64,000 bases of DNA from Octopus sinensis (Eukaryota), in assembly GCF_006345805.1 (NCBI RefSeq), contig NC_042999.1:155248001-155312000 (forward strand). The letters run 5' to 3'. The position numbers and the translations under genes were made by a program. Shown here one piece after another: positions 27,204-41,941 of this stretch. Every line of letters starts with the position of its first letter. Within the stretch, counting starts at the first letter, position 1. The notes beneath the pieces are model-generated. The model was not told where the DNA came from. It searched no databases and saw only the letters and a list, made by a program, of their open reading frames with translations.

Positions 27204-27772
27204 GCATACATTCACATATACATATATACAAACACTTACATACAGGCACACACACACACACACACACACGTATATATATATATATATAATATATAATAAT
27301 AATAATATTAGGGAGTAAATCCAAACTTACATGGAAAAATTAGATTTAGGATTAAATCTAATTTTACAGTATAAATATATATATTAAATTAAAGATAAAA
27401 CCACTATTAGGCAAATCAAACAGTGAAAAACATAAACCAAAACAGAAAAAAATGAATTAATATAATATACAAAATATATAAAATATAAAATTCAATTTAA
27501 TATATTATATTAAACTTTTTAATACTTTTTAATAGTTATATATATTTAAAAAAATTAAAATAATAAAATATATATATATATATATATATTAATTTATAAG
27601 TATAAATTAATAATTAAATTTTTTTTTAATTTTAACTTTAAATTTAAATAATTTAAATTTTGAATTTTATATTTTATATATTTTGCATATTATATTAATT
27701 AATTTTTTCTATGTTTTGGTTTATGTTTTTCACTGTTTGATTTGCCTAATAGTGATTTTATCTCTAATTTAC

Positions 27773-27835
<63 letters not shown>

Positions 27836-28208
27836 TATATACGTATATGTGTGTGCCTGCGCTCGTCTTTTGTTTGTTAATGTCCCAATAATTTAACAGT
27901 GCAGAAGAAGGAAATTAACGGACCATGGCACAGTCCACAGGATGAAACAAATAAAAGAATAATAGACTATCTTTGCTCTTATTGCAAAAAATATTTCAGC
28001 GAACCATAACAAAAGTTTCAGTGTCTCGGCGGATAACTTGTCACTTCATTATTCCGAGGAATGACAATGAAGACGCGATGAAAGAACTGTTCCATCATAT
28101 AAGGCTAATTCCTGCAGGTGGTTCAAGCTAAGCTGGGAGGTAGGTAGGATCTTTAGAACGTTCCATTCTCTTATATTTAATGTTTCTTTCTCTCTTTCGT
28201 AATTTCAG

Positions 28209-28320
28209 GCTTTGGTTAAATATTCATCATATTGTACTCAATATGTTAATTACCAATGCTACCGGAATCCTGGAACTGATCATATTCACTACGAAACATG
28301 TGATGGAAAAACATATCATG
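28209..28320 (+). CDS. Exon 12; module 3
   Basis: atttcag|; ALVKYSSYCTQYVNYQCYRNPGTDHIHYETCDGKTYH; G|gtaggt; phase 0-1. Confidence 0.9.
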
Positions 28321-28460
28321 GTAGGTGAAGTACTATTTTTGTTTTTTTTTCCTGAATCGCAACGATCATGCTTAGAAGCGAGTTTTACATCGTTAAGAAA
28401 ATGAGGTATAAAAAGTTCTCTTGGATATGATACGTGACTATCAGGTAACTGCACTAAGAC

Positions 28461-31000
28461 CAGGTGTTCCCAAACTCATTTTCTCTGAGCTGCATTTTCG
28501 GAATGAAAATTCTCTCGCTTCTCACCAAATTTTAGATAAAAAGTTCATTTAAAAATAAAAACAAAACAACAACTAATAGTGCGTAAAATATAATATATAT
28601 CACAAATAACATATAATATGATTAAAGTACACAAATTTAATGAAAGTTATGATCTTGTTTTTAACGAGTAATCTCCTTTACATTCAGCCTAATTTGAGAT
28701 TTTTTAAAAAAAAACTCTCATCTCTTCATCAACACAAAGAAGACTTTTTTTTTTGGTTTTTTTTTTTTTGGTTTTTGGTTTTTGGTATTTTTCAGAACTG
28801 AAAATCTTTGTTCATGGCAATATGTCGTGGAGAACTGTGGAAGAATGGATAATGGTTTTGAAGAGACACATGGATATTGTTTCTGGATGTATATCCAAAA
28901 TGAGTCCAGTGGTACATTCTTGTGTTTCATTTTTAAGATGCGATCACTCGAAATGTTTGCCAGTTCTTCTTATATAATGTCAGATCTAAACAGCTTGAAT
29001 TTGCAAAAGGATCTCTAACCCATTCAATTTTTTTCTGTTGACAACGATGGAAAGTAATCATAATTTTTTTCTAAAAGTGTTGCAAGATGTTCCTGTATAA
29101 GGGCATACAATTTCTTACTCGTTTTGAAACTTTTTTTATCGATGAAAACATTCCTATGTTATGTTGCATCGCTCTCTTCCGAGCCAGTGTTGAAGTTCTT
29201 TGTTTTAAATCCAGTCAGTTTATCTGTTGTCGTGATGATATTCTTAACACCGCCATGCATACTGGTATTGAACATGTTTAATCTGGAAAAGATATCGACC
29301 AAATATGCCATTTTCGAACACCAGTCATTCTCATTCAGCTGGTGAAACAATGGGTTCCCTTCTTGTTTTAAAAATGCCTTTAATTCATTCTTCAGTTCCA
29401 ACACCCGATTTAAAACTTTTCTCCGAGTCAGCCAGCGAACACCCGTGTGCAGAAGTAGACAGTGGTGTTCTGATTCCATTATATATATATATATATATAA
29501 AATTAGATAAGGGTAGAAATTGATATTAATCAATTAAAACCAGTGGCCTAGCATATTTTTAAAAATCCGAAGATTAAAAATTTTTTGCATACAAAATTTA
29601 GAGGATTGACCACTAAAAGTGGACAGCCTGTATGCTGAATTTTTTTCTTGAGAACACATTCTCCGTGGGAAATGGCGATTTTGATGTCTATATCTAGCGT
29701 ACAGGCTGTCCACTTTTAGTGGTCAATCCTCTAAATTTTGTATGTAAAAAATTTTTAATCTTCGAATTTTTTAAAATATGCTAGATCACTGGTTTTAATT
29801 GATTAATATCAATTTCTACCCTTATTTAATTTTAAATAAAAAAAATGTTCTCTATCCGGTAAATTGACTGCTGTAGTTTATTAACTGCAGAGTAATTTCC
29901 GATCTCAGCGCGCCAAAGTGAAGGCATTTGAAAGATACACATAAATATAATTTGTGGAACTTTATACAATGTTGGATTTCGGTAAGCGGAAATGGCGGTT
30001 TTGACGTCTATACCTAGCATACAGGCTGTCCACTTTTATATATATAAAATCCTCTAAATTTTGTATATATTTATATATATAGTTAAGTAAATAATCTCGC
30101 CTTTAGTGGTTTTGCTTTGATGAAGTTTACAATGTGCACAGTTTGATCGAAAACCAATTTCAAATCATCCACAAGGATCTTGGAGACTAATGCCTCTCTC
30201 TGTATAAAACAGTGGGTTGATATTACATCTGAATTTATCTTTCTGATGATTGCCACCAAACCTCTCACGTTCCCTATCATATTTAGAGCTAATCCGTGCA
30301 AATTTCAATACAAGAATTCCATGAAATCTCAACCTTTTCAAAATACTCAGACAGGGCTTTAAAAATATCTTCACTCCTCGTACATTCTTCAAGTTCCTTG
30401 CAAAATAAAAACTGTGTTATTATTTCGATATTGTGGATGAATCTGATATAAACAAGTAACTGTGCCTATCCACTAATGTCGATAGATTAATCACCTTGAA
30501 TGGAATATTTAGATTTCTTAATTCTTTCAGAAACACAGTTCTCAATATTAGCTGATATAACTATTCTTCTGCGAATTGTATTATCAGACATAGGAATTTT
30601 CATAACCTCTTGCTCAGCATCATCACCAAACACTTTTCACAATCAAGCGGCCAGCAGGCTATTAATTGGGGTTTTGTTTGTTGAACAATCAGTTCAGCTA
30701 CTTTGTACGATACAATCTGCATTTTGTCTGTAATTGTCATTCGTTTTTCATAATATGATCTGTTCCAAAAGTACTGAACACTCTTGCCTGCCAGATCTTC
30801 ATGTTTTGACAACAGAATGTCTTTTCATCTTGATTGGGATCATATTGGAATCGGAAAGCTCTTCGCCACAGTTCAAAAACGTAGGTTGAGGTGCGTTTTT
30901 ATCTCCAGTCCATGAGAAACCGAGATTCAAATAGCTATCCATATACTGTCGCAAGCTTCCGTTTTTGGAGGATTTCTAGGATCTGCTTCTGTTGTAGTTC
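28461..31000 (-). mobile_element. Decayed hAT (Buster/SPIN/ZBED5-like) DNA transposon, interrupted by a foldback insertion
   Basis: TIR-like CAGGTGTTCCCAAACT at 28461; THCFIQREALVSK, LLLHTGVRWL, LAYL-like MAYLVDIF and FSTTY motifs in broken frames. Confidence 0.85.
29480..30080. repeat. (TA)n-flanked foldback element nested in the hAT transposase
   Basis: 29500-29640 mirrors 29695-29835; the transposase sequence resumes on both sides. Confidence 0.75.
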
Positions 31001-31028
31001 TTTTAAGTTTTTTAATTTTTTCTTCCAG

Positions 31029-31280
31029 ATATGACTGGTTTGTCTTCAGAAAGCATGTGTGGCTGTGGATTACGTGGAAGCTGTGAGGGTGGACTATCAC
31101 ATAAATGTAACTGCGATTCTGAAGCTAATAAGTGGCTTTCAGATAGTTCTTACATTCACAACAAGTCTCGTCTAGCTGTCTGTAAAGTTTGTGTCAAGAA
31201 GAAGTCTTACGACAGTGCCAACGTTCAACAGAGAGTCAATGTTAATATTTACACTCTATATTGTTCGAGACGCTATCTCT
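31029..31280 (+). CDS. Exon 13; end of module 3
   Basis: tcttccag|; DMTGLSSESMCGCGLRGSCEGGLSHKCNCDSEANKWLSD..LAVCKVCV..LYCSRRYL; T|gtaagt; phase 1-1. Confidence 0.93.
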
Positions 31281-32084
31281 GTAAGTAAAATCATAAGCTA
31301 ATCTGCATTTACCTGCTCTGTCACTAGTCACATATCTAACGCTTCTCTGTGTCACAAATCACATCCCAGATATGTGTTAATAATTCTATTTTAAATTAAT
31401 ATCTTTTGTATCAGTACTTGATTTCAACTTGTGTGTAGCGCCATGTTCTGATTTTTAGTTTTAGAAAAAAATCCCATAATATGTCCCTATATTCTGTTCC
31501 TGCATTGTGTTCCTGTACGAATAACTATTTTATATTCTAATCCAGTTCTAGTCCTATTCCTATATTCTAGTCTTATTCAAGTCAACGTAATGGTAACTTC
31601 ATTGCTGTAATCTATATGCTGCAAATTGATAAAATTATCAGAGCATCAGGGAGAATGCCACATGATATTTGTTCCAGATCTTTGCACTCTGAGTTCAATT
31701 CCTACCGAGCACGTTTTTTCCTTTTATCCTTTTAGAGTCGGTAAATAAGCACAGTAAGTATTAGTGCTGATTCTTCTTTCTCACTGAAAGAAATCGGTTG
31801 TTTCTCTATCTGAAGAAGGGTTAGCACTGATAGGTTTAAACTCCAAAGGCATAACTGTATCTCTATGACTCCATTAGGATCTGAGGGACCAAAGTAGAAA
31901 GGAAGGTGTAATCTGTAATTAAGTCACCAAGATAGAAATTGTTACACAGTTCAAATCTACTAATTAATCTGTTATTATTATTCAATTTTAATCTCAATTT
32001 GCCGGTGCTGCTGCTGCTAATATGATTTACATAATTAACATTATGTAATTGTTAATATCCTCTCGTTATGATTTCCCCCAAAAG

Positions 32085-32221
32085 CTCACCAACTGACATG
32101 TCAATATCACAGAAACAGCCGAGTATCCTCTTCCGGGGAATTTTTCCTGTTATCTACGGATACCGGAATACAAGTTCCTGTCTACTGCGAGATGATTCAT
32201 AATCCCCCGACAGGAATTACG
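32085..32221 (+). CDS. Exon 14; start of module 4
   Basis: tttcccccaaaag|; SHQLTCQYHRNSRVSSSGEFFLLSTDTGIQVPVYCEMIHNPPTGIT; |gtaagt; phase 1-0. Confidence 0.88.
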
Positions 32222-32953
32222 GTAAGTTTCACAAATAATTCTTTAACAAACTCTTTTAATAATGGTTTTATTCTGTCTTATCACTCCTATGCACCACCAG
32301 GTACCTGTTTCCTATCTTGGTTTCTTTTTTACACTTTTCGACGAATGTGGTCATGAAGCCAGATACACTGTAGCCTGCTGTCTGAACTGTTGAGGACGTT
32401 AGCTTCTACAACAGCAACAACAGCCGTTCAAGAATTTGGATCTGGAGATCTCCATTTCCAGCGACTTCGAGGGCCACCTCCCAATGGTGTCGGGCGTCAA
32501 CAAAACGACCAAAGTTTTTTTTCCAAGGTCTGGGGTCTCCCGCCCCTAAGCCCTAGACCATCACCTAATCACCCTTACACGTCTTGTTGCTTAACAACAA
32601 CAACAACAACAACAGCAACAGCAATAACAACAACTACTACTACGACGACGACGATGACGACTACTACCCCATCCTTTTCTTCTTTCTCCTTTTCCTCTTC
32701 TCCTTCTCCTTCTTCTACACCTCGCCATCCTTCACTTCTTTAAAGCTTTGGGTAAAATTCTTTGCAATGATTAATTGATTTCAAAGTTCAAAATTCATCA
32801 AAGTCAGCACTGCGTTTCATCTCTGTGGGATCGACAGAATCAAGTACCTGTCAATTTCTATAACCAACAATTCTTCCCCATAAGCTTCTGGTTTTGTACC
32901 TATATTAGAAACGACAACAACAACAACAATTTTTATTATTATTATTATTATTA

Positions 32954-33000
<47 letters not shown>

Positions 33001-33002
33001 TA

Positions 33003-33560
33003 TTGAGTGAGAGAGCAGTTCATGCTATCAAAGTGACACTGGGGTAAAATATACGAAGCCCAGTATACCCATCATGACTACCCGTCTGATAAGGGTACAC
33101 CAGGCACATGCATCACAACCATATGTGCGCGACATGGTGATCTCATATCAAGATAAACAGCACATGACCTTGCAGGTGGGGCCCAGTTAGAATTTTCTTC
33201 TGGTTGAGTAGCCCATCCCACTCAAAAGGTCCTTGAATAAGGATTGTTTAAGGATGTTGAAAGAACCACCCATGTTTCCAGAGGTGAATTATCCAAACCC
33301 CAAAGAATCCCTCTCAACACATGGCTATGATGCTCCCCCACTATTTCTGCTCATGATCAGAGATGCACATATCGTCAGCCACTAATGGACATGCTCAACT
33401 GGTTAAGGTCAAACAACTGACAAGCAAATCTGTGGTATTGAGCAGAATATTTGCTGTAGCCCATCTTTTATACCAAGACAAAACAATGTACATGATAACA
33501 CTTCCAATCAGTTAAGATCAGAATCCATGAGAGCCACTGCCTGGTACTGCATCAGGGCAT
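33003..33560. repeat. ~550-bp interspersed repeat in (ATT)n; second copy 21097-21548
   Basis: High identity between copies (CAAGATAAACAGC..GATGCACATATCGTCAGCCACTAA..ATGAGAGCCACT). Confidence 0.8.
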
Positions 33561-33623
33561 TTTATTATTATTATTATTATATTATTATTATTATTATTAT
33601 TATATTATATTATTATTATTATT

Positions 33624-33687
<64 letters not shown>

Positions 33688-33688
<1 letters not shown>

Positions 33689-35350
33689 TGCCTTTGCACA
33701 ACTTCTAACGCTGGAGATGTACTACAGGATATTGTAGGAGACCTTAAGCAGTTTAAGACATTCAATAATCCACGAGTGTGGGACCATATTATATGCTTTC
33801 CTGTAATTCACCCAAGCCATCGCCAAATTTTTGTGTCTCTTCTTGCAGTCAGCCAGGATAGTCTTATCGATTCGTTCCTCTACTCCTACATCTACACCTG
33901 TTTTGTTCCACTGGTAGTAGGTCGTTCTCATCTAGGTACTTATAGATGCTGTTCGATATCATGGCCGTCATCAGTTTCCACATTAGTGGCAAACAAGATA
34001 TTGGTCGGAAATTTCCAACGCCATTCCTTTTATTTGGGTCCTTCCTTTTGTCATCCAGGTCGGTACATGGATGTTTCTTCACAATATTTCGTCCAGCAGT
34101 CTCGCAATTCTCCTGTGCAGAGCTGTCAAGTTTTTAAACCAAAAGCCCTGAACCCCATCTTGGCCAGGCGCTTTACAGTTAGGAATTCTGCACTGTTCTC
34201 TGATCATCTCCTCAGTTATTTTCAAATCCTCCCGCTGATTCTCTCCACTCTCCTCTTTGAGTGTCTTTAACCACTGTTTCAGTTTCGTGTTGTTCCTCCT
34301 GAGACCATATGTTTGCCCAGAATCTTTTGCTTCTTCAACATTCGGCACGGCTTTCTTTTACCTTTTTCTTTCCCATCCAGATCCTGATAGACTCGTTTCT
34401 GATCTTCCAGGTACTCTTTCATTGTTGTATGCTTTACAATAGTCATTCCATGCGATGCTCAGGTTTGTGTGTCTTCTCTTGTAGTTTCTGATTATCAATT
34501 AACAGCTGATGAACAGCTGATCTTTCGTCTCCTGGCTCCTCTTTTCGCACCCTTTCTGTTCAATAGGTAGCAGCCCACTTTTTCTAAATATCTATACAGT
34601 TCACCAGCCAAAGCACCTGACAATGATTTCTATATTAGCGGAAGACACGTTATTTATCAAAAGCTGGATGCCACATTACCCGTTCAGGATCCTTGGTACG
34701 TAACAATGTCTTTCCCTTTGTCATCCAACTGGGTACTGCACCTTCCTGAAGCACTCATCTAACTGTTGCGCTATCCTTTCATGGAGACCTCACAGCTTCT
34801 TCATCCAATAAACTTGAGACCTATCTGGTCCTAGGCTCTTCCAAGTTGGGAATTTCCTTAACTATTTTTTTTTATCATTTCTTTAGTTATCTTTATGTTG
34901 ATTTGGCCTTCTATATTTCTTACTCTATCTTGGATTTCATGCAGCCATTCCGCTTCATCACTATACTTTACAGGTCCCAAATTTCTCTCCGGAATACCCT
35001 GCTTTGCTCTAAATCTGATATTGTTACAGCTAATCGCCCATGTTGTTCCTGAAACAGTTTTTTTCTGATTTGCTTCAAGCAATCTGTTTTGCCTGAATTG
35101 TTTTGTTCTATTGTCATATCTTTCCAGTTTTGCATTGATTGCTATTATTTTTGTCTCAGTTCTTCCGATATCATATAAGACCCTCTATCTTTTTTATTCT
35201 ATATGCTCTTTCCAGTTTATTCTTATGCTTTCGTTCAGAAATTCCCCTATTTACAATCTATCAACTTGTCCTAAATGTCTTTTTAACTTCGTTTCGCAGA
35301 AATTTATCTACGCCAGTATTATTCTTTACAATCAGTTTGTTCTCTCTTTT
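33688..35350 (-). mobile_element. R4/Dong-like RT fragments (internally deleted, probably two elements)
   Basis: [46 protein letters not shown]; 3' terminus matches 21885. Confidence 0.8.
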
Positions 35351-35367
35351 TGTATCCAACTCTATAT

Positions 35368-35456
<89 letters not shown>

Positions 35457-35471
35457 TCATCATCATCATCA

Positions 35472-35515
<44 letters not shown>

Positions 35516-35877
35516 TTATGTTTGACTTTTGCTTTACATTTGTACAAGTTGGCTCCAAGTCTCACCCAGAGACCTCAAGAGACAACAAGTTGGAAGTTCA
35601 TGTTGGTGTTATGCCTAGGGTGCCATATATTTGGTTTTATACATAGTGTTATTCTAGAGAATGTTTAAGAAACCATAAGAAAATTATGTGTTTGTTTTAA
35701 AACTTGAGATTACATAGAAGTATTTTGCGTAGGATATGAGCAGTTCCCATGAGCACTATCTTTTGAATTTCTGCCATTTTGGGGTTTGTTGGTATCTGAG
35801 CTAGGTATCAGTGCCTTTTGCTATCGTTCCCAGGGCACCTATGACAACAGGTATTACTTTAGTCTTCAGTAATATTA

Positions 35878-35908
<31 letters not shown>

Positions 35909-36000
35909 TATTATTATTATTATTATTAATATTATTATTATTATTATTATTATTATATTATTATTATATTATTATTATTATTATTATTATTATAAACTAG

Positions 36001-36229
36001 GTTGTCTATCCACGTGATCCCATAATTGAAATCTCTGTGAATGGAACTGATATTGAGATACCTTACTTCACGATTGATATGGATCTCATCATCGAAATCA
36101 TCTCAAAATCTTACTACTGTACCCAGGAGTTAACGATATTTTGCAACACTTCCAAACTAGTGTTAAAGAATGAGTTCGGATGGTATTCTCGAGACGGAGT
36201 AGTCCAGCACTATTGGCCTGCCGAGAAAG
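36001..36229 (+). CDS. Exon 15; module 4
   Basis: aactag|; VVYPRDPIIEISVNGTDIEIPYF..SYYCTQELTIFCNTSKL..GWYSRDGVVQHYWPAEK; G|gtattt; phase 0-1. Confidence 0.9.
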
Positions 36230-36482
36230 GTATTTATTTATTTACTTTGTTTACATTAAATTTTCTCAAGCAGTTTAGATTCGATTTCTAAAAGCAAAAT
36301 TGTTGAGTTATTGTCTGGGAAGAAAAGAAAACTTGCAATTAAATGTTTTCTAGCTGTTTGTCGATAGCTTTTCGTCAGATGCCTGTCATAGCTGATGACC
36401 ATGAGTCCTGTCAGCTTTCCCATTCCAGATACATTGACATAACTCTTCTCAATATATATATATATATATACCACGTACATAC

Positions 36483-36539
<57 letters not shown>

Positions 36540-36764
36540 TATATACATATATACATATATATATATACATACATATATATATATATGCAAAATAGTTGGT
36601 TGTACAATCTCAAGGAGAGATCGGAGTAGTAAGTATACTAACGAGTAAAGTCAATCGCCACATCAAAGTGAGTGTTCCATGTTGCTACTAGTTCCATGTT
36701 CTACTAGTTTAACCCCAGGTAGCTCTTCCACCAACTGGTTATATATGTGTGTGTGTGTGTGTGT

Positions 36765-36803
<39 letters not shown>

Positions 36804-36920
36804 TGTGTGTATAAAGGATGCAGCACCACACAGATAACCAGCTGGCAGAAGATCTGCCTGGGGTTAAACTAGTACTAATTAACATGGAACAGCCACTTTG
36901 ATGTGACGATTAACTTTACT

Positions 36921-37015
<95 letters not shown>

Positions 37016-37192
37016 TTCAAATTTACTTTTAAAAAATGGAAGACGAAGACTGCTGTAGGAACAAGCAGGTGTATTAATTTAACGCTCTTCGACAGAAAGG
37101 AATAAGAGTAAAAAATGGAAAGAGAACGAAAATTACGAAGAGAGGAAAACTGCGTAGAGTTCAGCGGTCCAGCATGGTGGAATGACTACTAC

Positions 37193-37236
<44 letters not shown>

Positions 37237-37551
37237 TATGTTTTTCCTTCTTTCTTCAAATGTTCTTCCGTTTCTCGCCGAGTGTTTTCCATACACCTAG
37301 GGCAGAGAAGCTCATTGTATACATTCCTAGATTACACACGCAAATTCACAGATAAAATATGTATTTAAAAATTAATAAATAAATAAATTCATGGATGGAT
37401 GTTGTTTTCACAGCGATAATGCTCTTCTCAGTACATGAGCCGTTCCAGTTAATACGATTTTTTGCACTTCCTGTAGGGATGGTAAGCCTGGAATCATTTT
37501 CAAATAGGTTTCAGTACTTTTTTATCATTCCTAGAGATCCTACAATCACTG

Positions 37552-37604
<53 letters not shown>

Positions 37605-37942
37605 CATTATTATTATATTGAAATTCAGGATAAAATCTATATATGATTTTACCAGGCAGTTAGCACGTAATAAACCGGTAAAGGTAAAATTAATACATTT
37701 ATAAATAAATATTCAGGGAAAAGCAAGTAAGTACACTGGCTTAGCCACATGCTTAAAGAAGAGGCCAAATGTCTCTAAGCTACCTTAGAATTATTACAAC
37801 AAATACATGCCGAATTCGAGCAAATAAACGAAAAAGGTTCATGAAAAGGTTTAATTACATATCAATTGATTTCAGGATTAAAGGGAAACCCTTTCTTCCA
37901 TCATTAGTGTAATACAACCCAGAGCACATGAAGACGAACAAT

Positions 37943-38006
<64 letters not shown>

Positions 38007-38512
38007 TAAATTAGAGATAAAACCACTATTAGGCAACTCAAACAGTGATAGACATAAACCAAAACATAAAAGACAAAAAATAAATATAATTAATATAATA
38101 TACAATATATATATCATATAAAATTTAAATTTTAAATTATTATAATTTCAAATTTTTAAATTAATATTTATAAATTTTTATATTTTTATATTTGAAATTT
38201 GAAATTTTTTAAATTTTTAAACTCAAAAATTTTTTTTTAACTAACCAAAAAGTATAAAAAGGTTAAATATAATATAATAAGTAAAAACACTACGTACGTT
38301 TCATGGCTATAATTCAATTCGAATTGCAATTAAGTTTAAATTCAAATAAAATTTAATGTTTTGGTTTATGTCTATCACTGTTTGAGTTGCATAATAGTGG
38401 TTTTATCTCTAATTTAACTTATATTTGTACTGTGAAATTTGATTTAATCCTAAATCTAATTTTTCCCTGTAAGTTTGGATATACTCCCTAATATTATTAT
38501 ATATATGTATGT

Positions 38513-38559
<47 letters not shown>

Positions 38560-38783
38560 AATCTCTGAACAAAAAAAAGACAGGAAAAAAAACAGAAAAT
38601 CAATTAGATGTACATGGTGTATATATTAGATAGTTTACGTTCAGATGGAAAAATAGGAAGTAGGAATGACTTTTCGAGCATCATTCTTCGTCGAATACAG
38701 CAAAAAGGTCAATAGAAGAGAAAAGGGCCGATGTATCAGGTAGTCCGTATGAAAACACATGTAGTCGTTATATGGCCAAATGT

Positions 38784-38831
<48 letters not shown>

Positions 38832-39071
38832 TATATATATATACATATGTTCTGGTCAGTCACGTGATATATATATATATATATATATACATGCATACAG
38901 GGAGAGAAAGAGAGAGAGAGAGAGATAACACGCAGCCGGTCCGGAAATTGGACATCCTATGCGCCTTGACAAGAATTATTATAACTATTTAAAAATTTCT
39001 ACGAAGTTATTTTATTTTCCTTCTGTTGGAAAACCAAACAACGATTCTTAATATTTTCTCTCTATTTTCAG

Positions 39072-39239
39072 GTGGCGTTGGATGTGGAGGAGATAATTGT
39101 AACTGTAAAATAGAAAATGGCGAAAACCAAGAGGATTTCGGAGTTATCATAGATAAAACTCTTCTTCCAGTAAGCAGAATAAAACTCGGGCCTTCAGAAG
39201 GCAGCCGTAAAATACTGATTGGTCCTCTCAAGTGTTACG
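39072..39239 (+). CDS. Exon 16; end of module 4
   Basis: ttttcag|; GGVGCGGDNCNCKIENGENQEDFGVIIDKTLLPVSRIKLGPSEGSRKILIGPLKCY; G|gtaaac; phase 1-1. Confidence 0.94.
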
Positions 39240-39526
39240 GTAAACATCAAACTATTTGTAGCCTTTTTATAAATGCGCATTTAATCTGAAATATGAACAG
39301 GTGCAAGCAATGTTGTGTGGTTAAGAATCTAGCTTTGTAACCTCGCAGTTTTAGGTTCAACAGGTTCCACAGCGCGGCACATTGGATATGCGCCTTTCCA
39401 CTGCGTACCATCATGGGTAAGTGTCTTCTATTGTAGCTTTAGTCCGACCAAAGAGCCTTCTGAGTGGATTCGGTAGGCGGAAACTGAATGAATCCCATCG
39501 TATGTGTGTGTGTGTTTATGTGTGTT

Positions 39527-39565
<39 letters not shown>

Positions 39566-40377
39566 CTTCAGAAACGTAACCATACGTGGACCGGTGGCGA
39601 TTTCCCTTTTTCCTTCTTCTTTGAACTTTTCCCTTTCTCCTCTTCGACGAAGAGCCATGCTCGAAACATTAAAAACTCTCTTCTTTCACCGAACGTCAAA
39701 CTAATAGAAATTTTATCCTCAGATTCGTTTTTTTCTCTTGTCTTTTTCGGGTTTTTTTCTCTCTCTCTTCGTTTCGTATTCGTCTTTTGAATTGTTTATT
39801 CGTTGATTTGACTATATATATGTGTGTGTGTGAGCATTTTCTTCCTCATATTTTTCTCCCCTTCACCGTTTTCTGTCTGTCTCTTTCTCCCTTTCTCATT
39901 TTTCTCTCACTCGTTGCTCACGCGTGACCATCGTCCATCTATCTTTTCTTCACGTCGTCATCTTTCTTTCCCTTCAAGACTGTCCTAGGACTGGAGGTAT
40001 TCTACTTTTCTCTTCTGTCTTTTCTCTTTTCAAAGACAATATTCCTCGAGCGTTCGCTATTGTACCCACGTTCTGGTCTAGCGACCTATTGTGTTTGTAT
40101 TCGTTCGGCTTCCTTGTGTCTCCACTGTCCTGTTTTGTTCTCACCTTTGACCCTCCATGGATCCAAAATTTTATTTTTGTATTTGTGGGAGCAACTGTCT
40201 TCGAGGACTCATATTGTCGTTCAGTGCTCGAAATGAAGAGTGGACGGTCGTTCTTGTGTTACTTGTCCTGTTTTCCATTTGTTTCTCTCGTTGATTGCGT
40301 GTTGAACTCATTTGTTTTCGTATTTCATGTTGTTTCATGTTGGTGACGTCCTGTGCCATATATGCATACGTAAATAT

Positions 40378-40411
<34 letters not shown>

Positions 40412-40729
40412 ATAATATATATATATAATATTATGTATGTATGTATGTATGCATGTATGTATGCATGCATGTATGTGTGCGTATGTGTGTGTGTATGTAT
40501 ATATATATATATATATGCATATATATATATGTATTAAGAACAATCTTACTTAGAAATGGATGCGTGCGTTCCGTCATATAATCAATTAATAAATAAATAA
40601 AACATATGCATATATACATACATATATGTACGTACCTACCTCTACATGTATATATACATGCATATATGGGTACAGGACACCAAAAAACGTCGAACATGTA
40701 TGTATATATGTATGTATGAATGTATATAT

Positions 40730-40791
<62 letters not shown>

Positions 40792-40902
40792 GTATGTATG
40801 TATGTATGTATGCATGCATGTATGTGTGCGTATGTGTGTGTGTATGTATATATATGCATATATATATGTGTACATATATATGATAACACAAATGAGCTGA
40901 GG

Positions 40903-40982
40903 TTCACTACAGCTGTTTCGGGTGTGTTTTTTTAGTGATGAAACAATTACATCATGTAACAAAACCGTTTTCTTCAGATGAA
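40903..40982 (-). ncRNA. Type I hammerhead motif with weak stem II
   Basis: Reverse complement: TTCAT-CTGAAGA-..-GAAAC-AGCT-GTA-GTGAA. Confidence 0.55.
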
Positions 40983-41786
40983 TTAAAATCTAAAATTTAG
41001 CATTTAAGATTTTTCACACTCAAAAAACCTACAGAATATATTTAGAATGTATTTTGACTCTCTCATCTCGGTACCAGCCGAGAGAGTAAATTCAGGAAGG
41101 CTAGTTTGATGTTAAATATATTTTGGGTGTAGGCCTTAAAGAACTCTTGGTTTGGGGTCTGGCCTAGATATTAAAGAGGTTAAAAACCACTGATCTACAA
41201 TCGCCAAATAATTTGATGTGATTTGATGGGGATTTGGCTGCTATTCCTAACAAGTCATGTAACGAGACAACGCCTGTATTTGCTTATGATGTCCATGTAA
41301 AAAAAATAGGCGTAGGAGTGGCTGTGTGGTAAGTAGCTTGTTTACCAACCACATGGTTCCGGGTTCAGTCCCACTGCGTGGCACCTTGGGCAAGTGTCTT
41401 CTACTATAGCCTCGGGCCGACCAAAGCCTTGTGAGTGGATTTGGTAGACGGAAACTGAAAGAAGCCCGTCGTATATATGTATATATATGTGTGTGTGTGT
41501 GTGTTTGTGTGTCTGTGTTTGTCCCCCTAGCATTCCTTGACAACCGATGCTGGTGTGTTTATGTCCCCGTTACTTAGCGGTCGGCAAAGATACCGATAGA
41601 ATAAGTACTGGGCTTACAAAATAATAAGTCCCGGGGTCGAGCTGCTCGATTAAAGGCGGTGCTCCAGCATGGCCGCAGTCAAATGACTGAAACAAGTATA
41701 AAAGAGTAAAGAGTAAAAGAGTAACAAGTTACCGAAAGCATTGGGTAGTTTAATCCATTTATTTCGCTTGTGTTTATTTACTGCAG

Positions 41787-41941
41787 ACGTCTACAGGGAC
41801 TGCCAAGACATCAAAGAACACTACATGAATAAAAATCCTTTGAGCAATGACGTCTATCCTATTGACCCAGACGGCGCTGGTGGCGAACATCTGTTTGCGG
41901 CTACTTGTAATTTTACCGACCGTTATGTTGCTGTCACAGAG
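41787..41941 (+). CDS. Exon 17; start of module 5
   Basis: ttactgcag|; DVYRDCQDIKEHYMNKNPLSNDVYPIDPDGAGGEHLFAATCNFTDRYVAVTE; |gtaatt; phase 1-0. Confidence 0.94.

Noticed and set aside
31805-31950. CTGAAGA-containing segment as a hammerhead
   Set aside because: No convincing stem I/III pairing found
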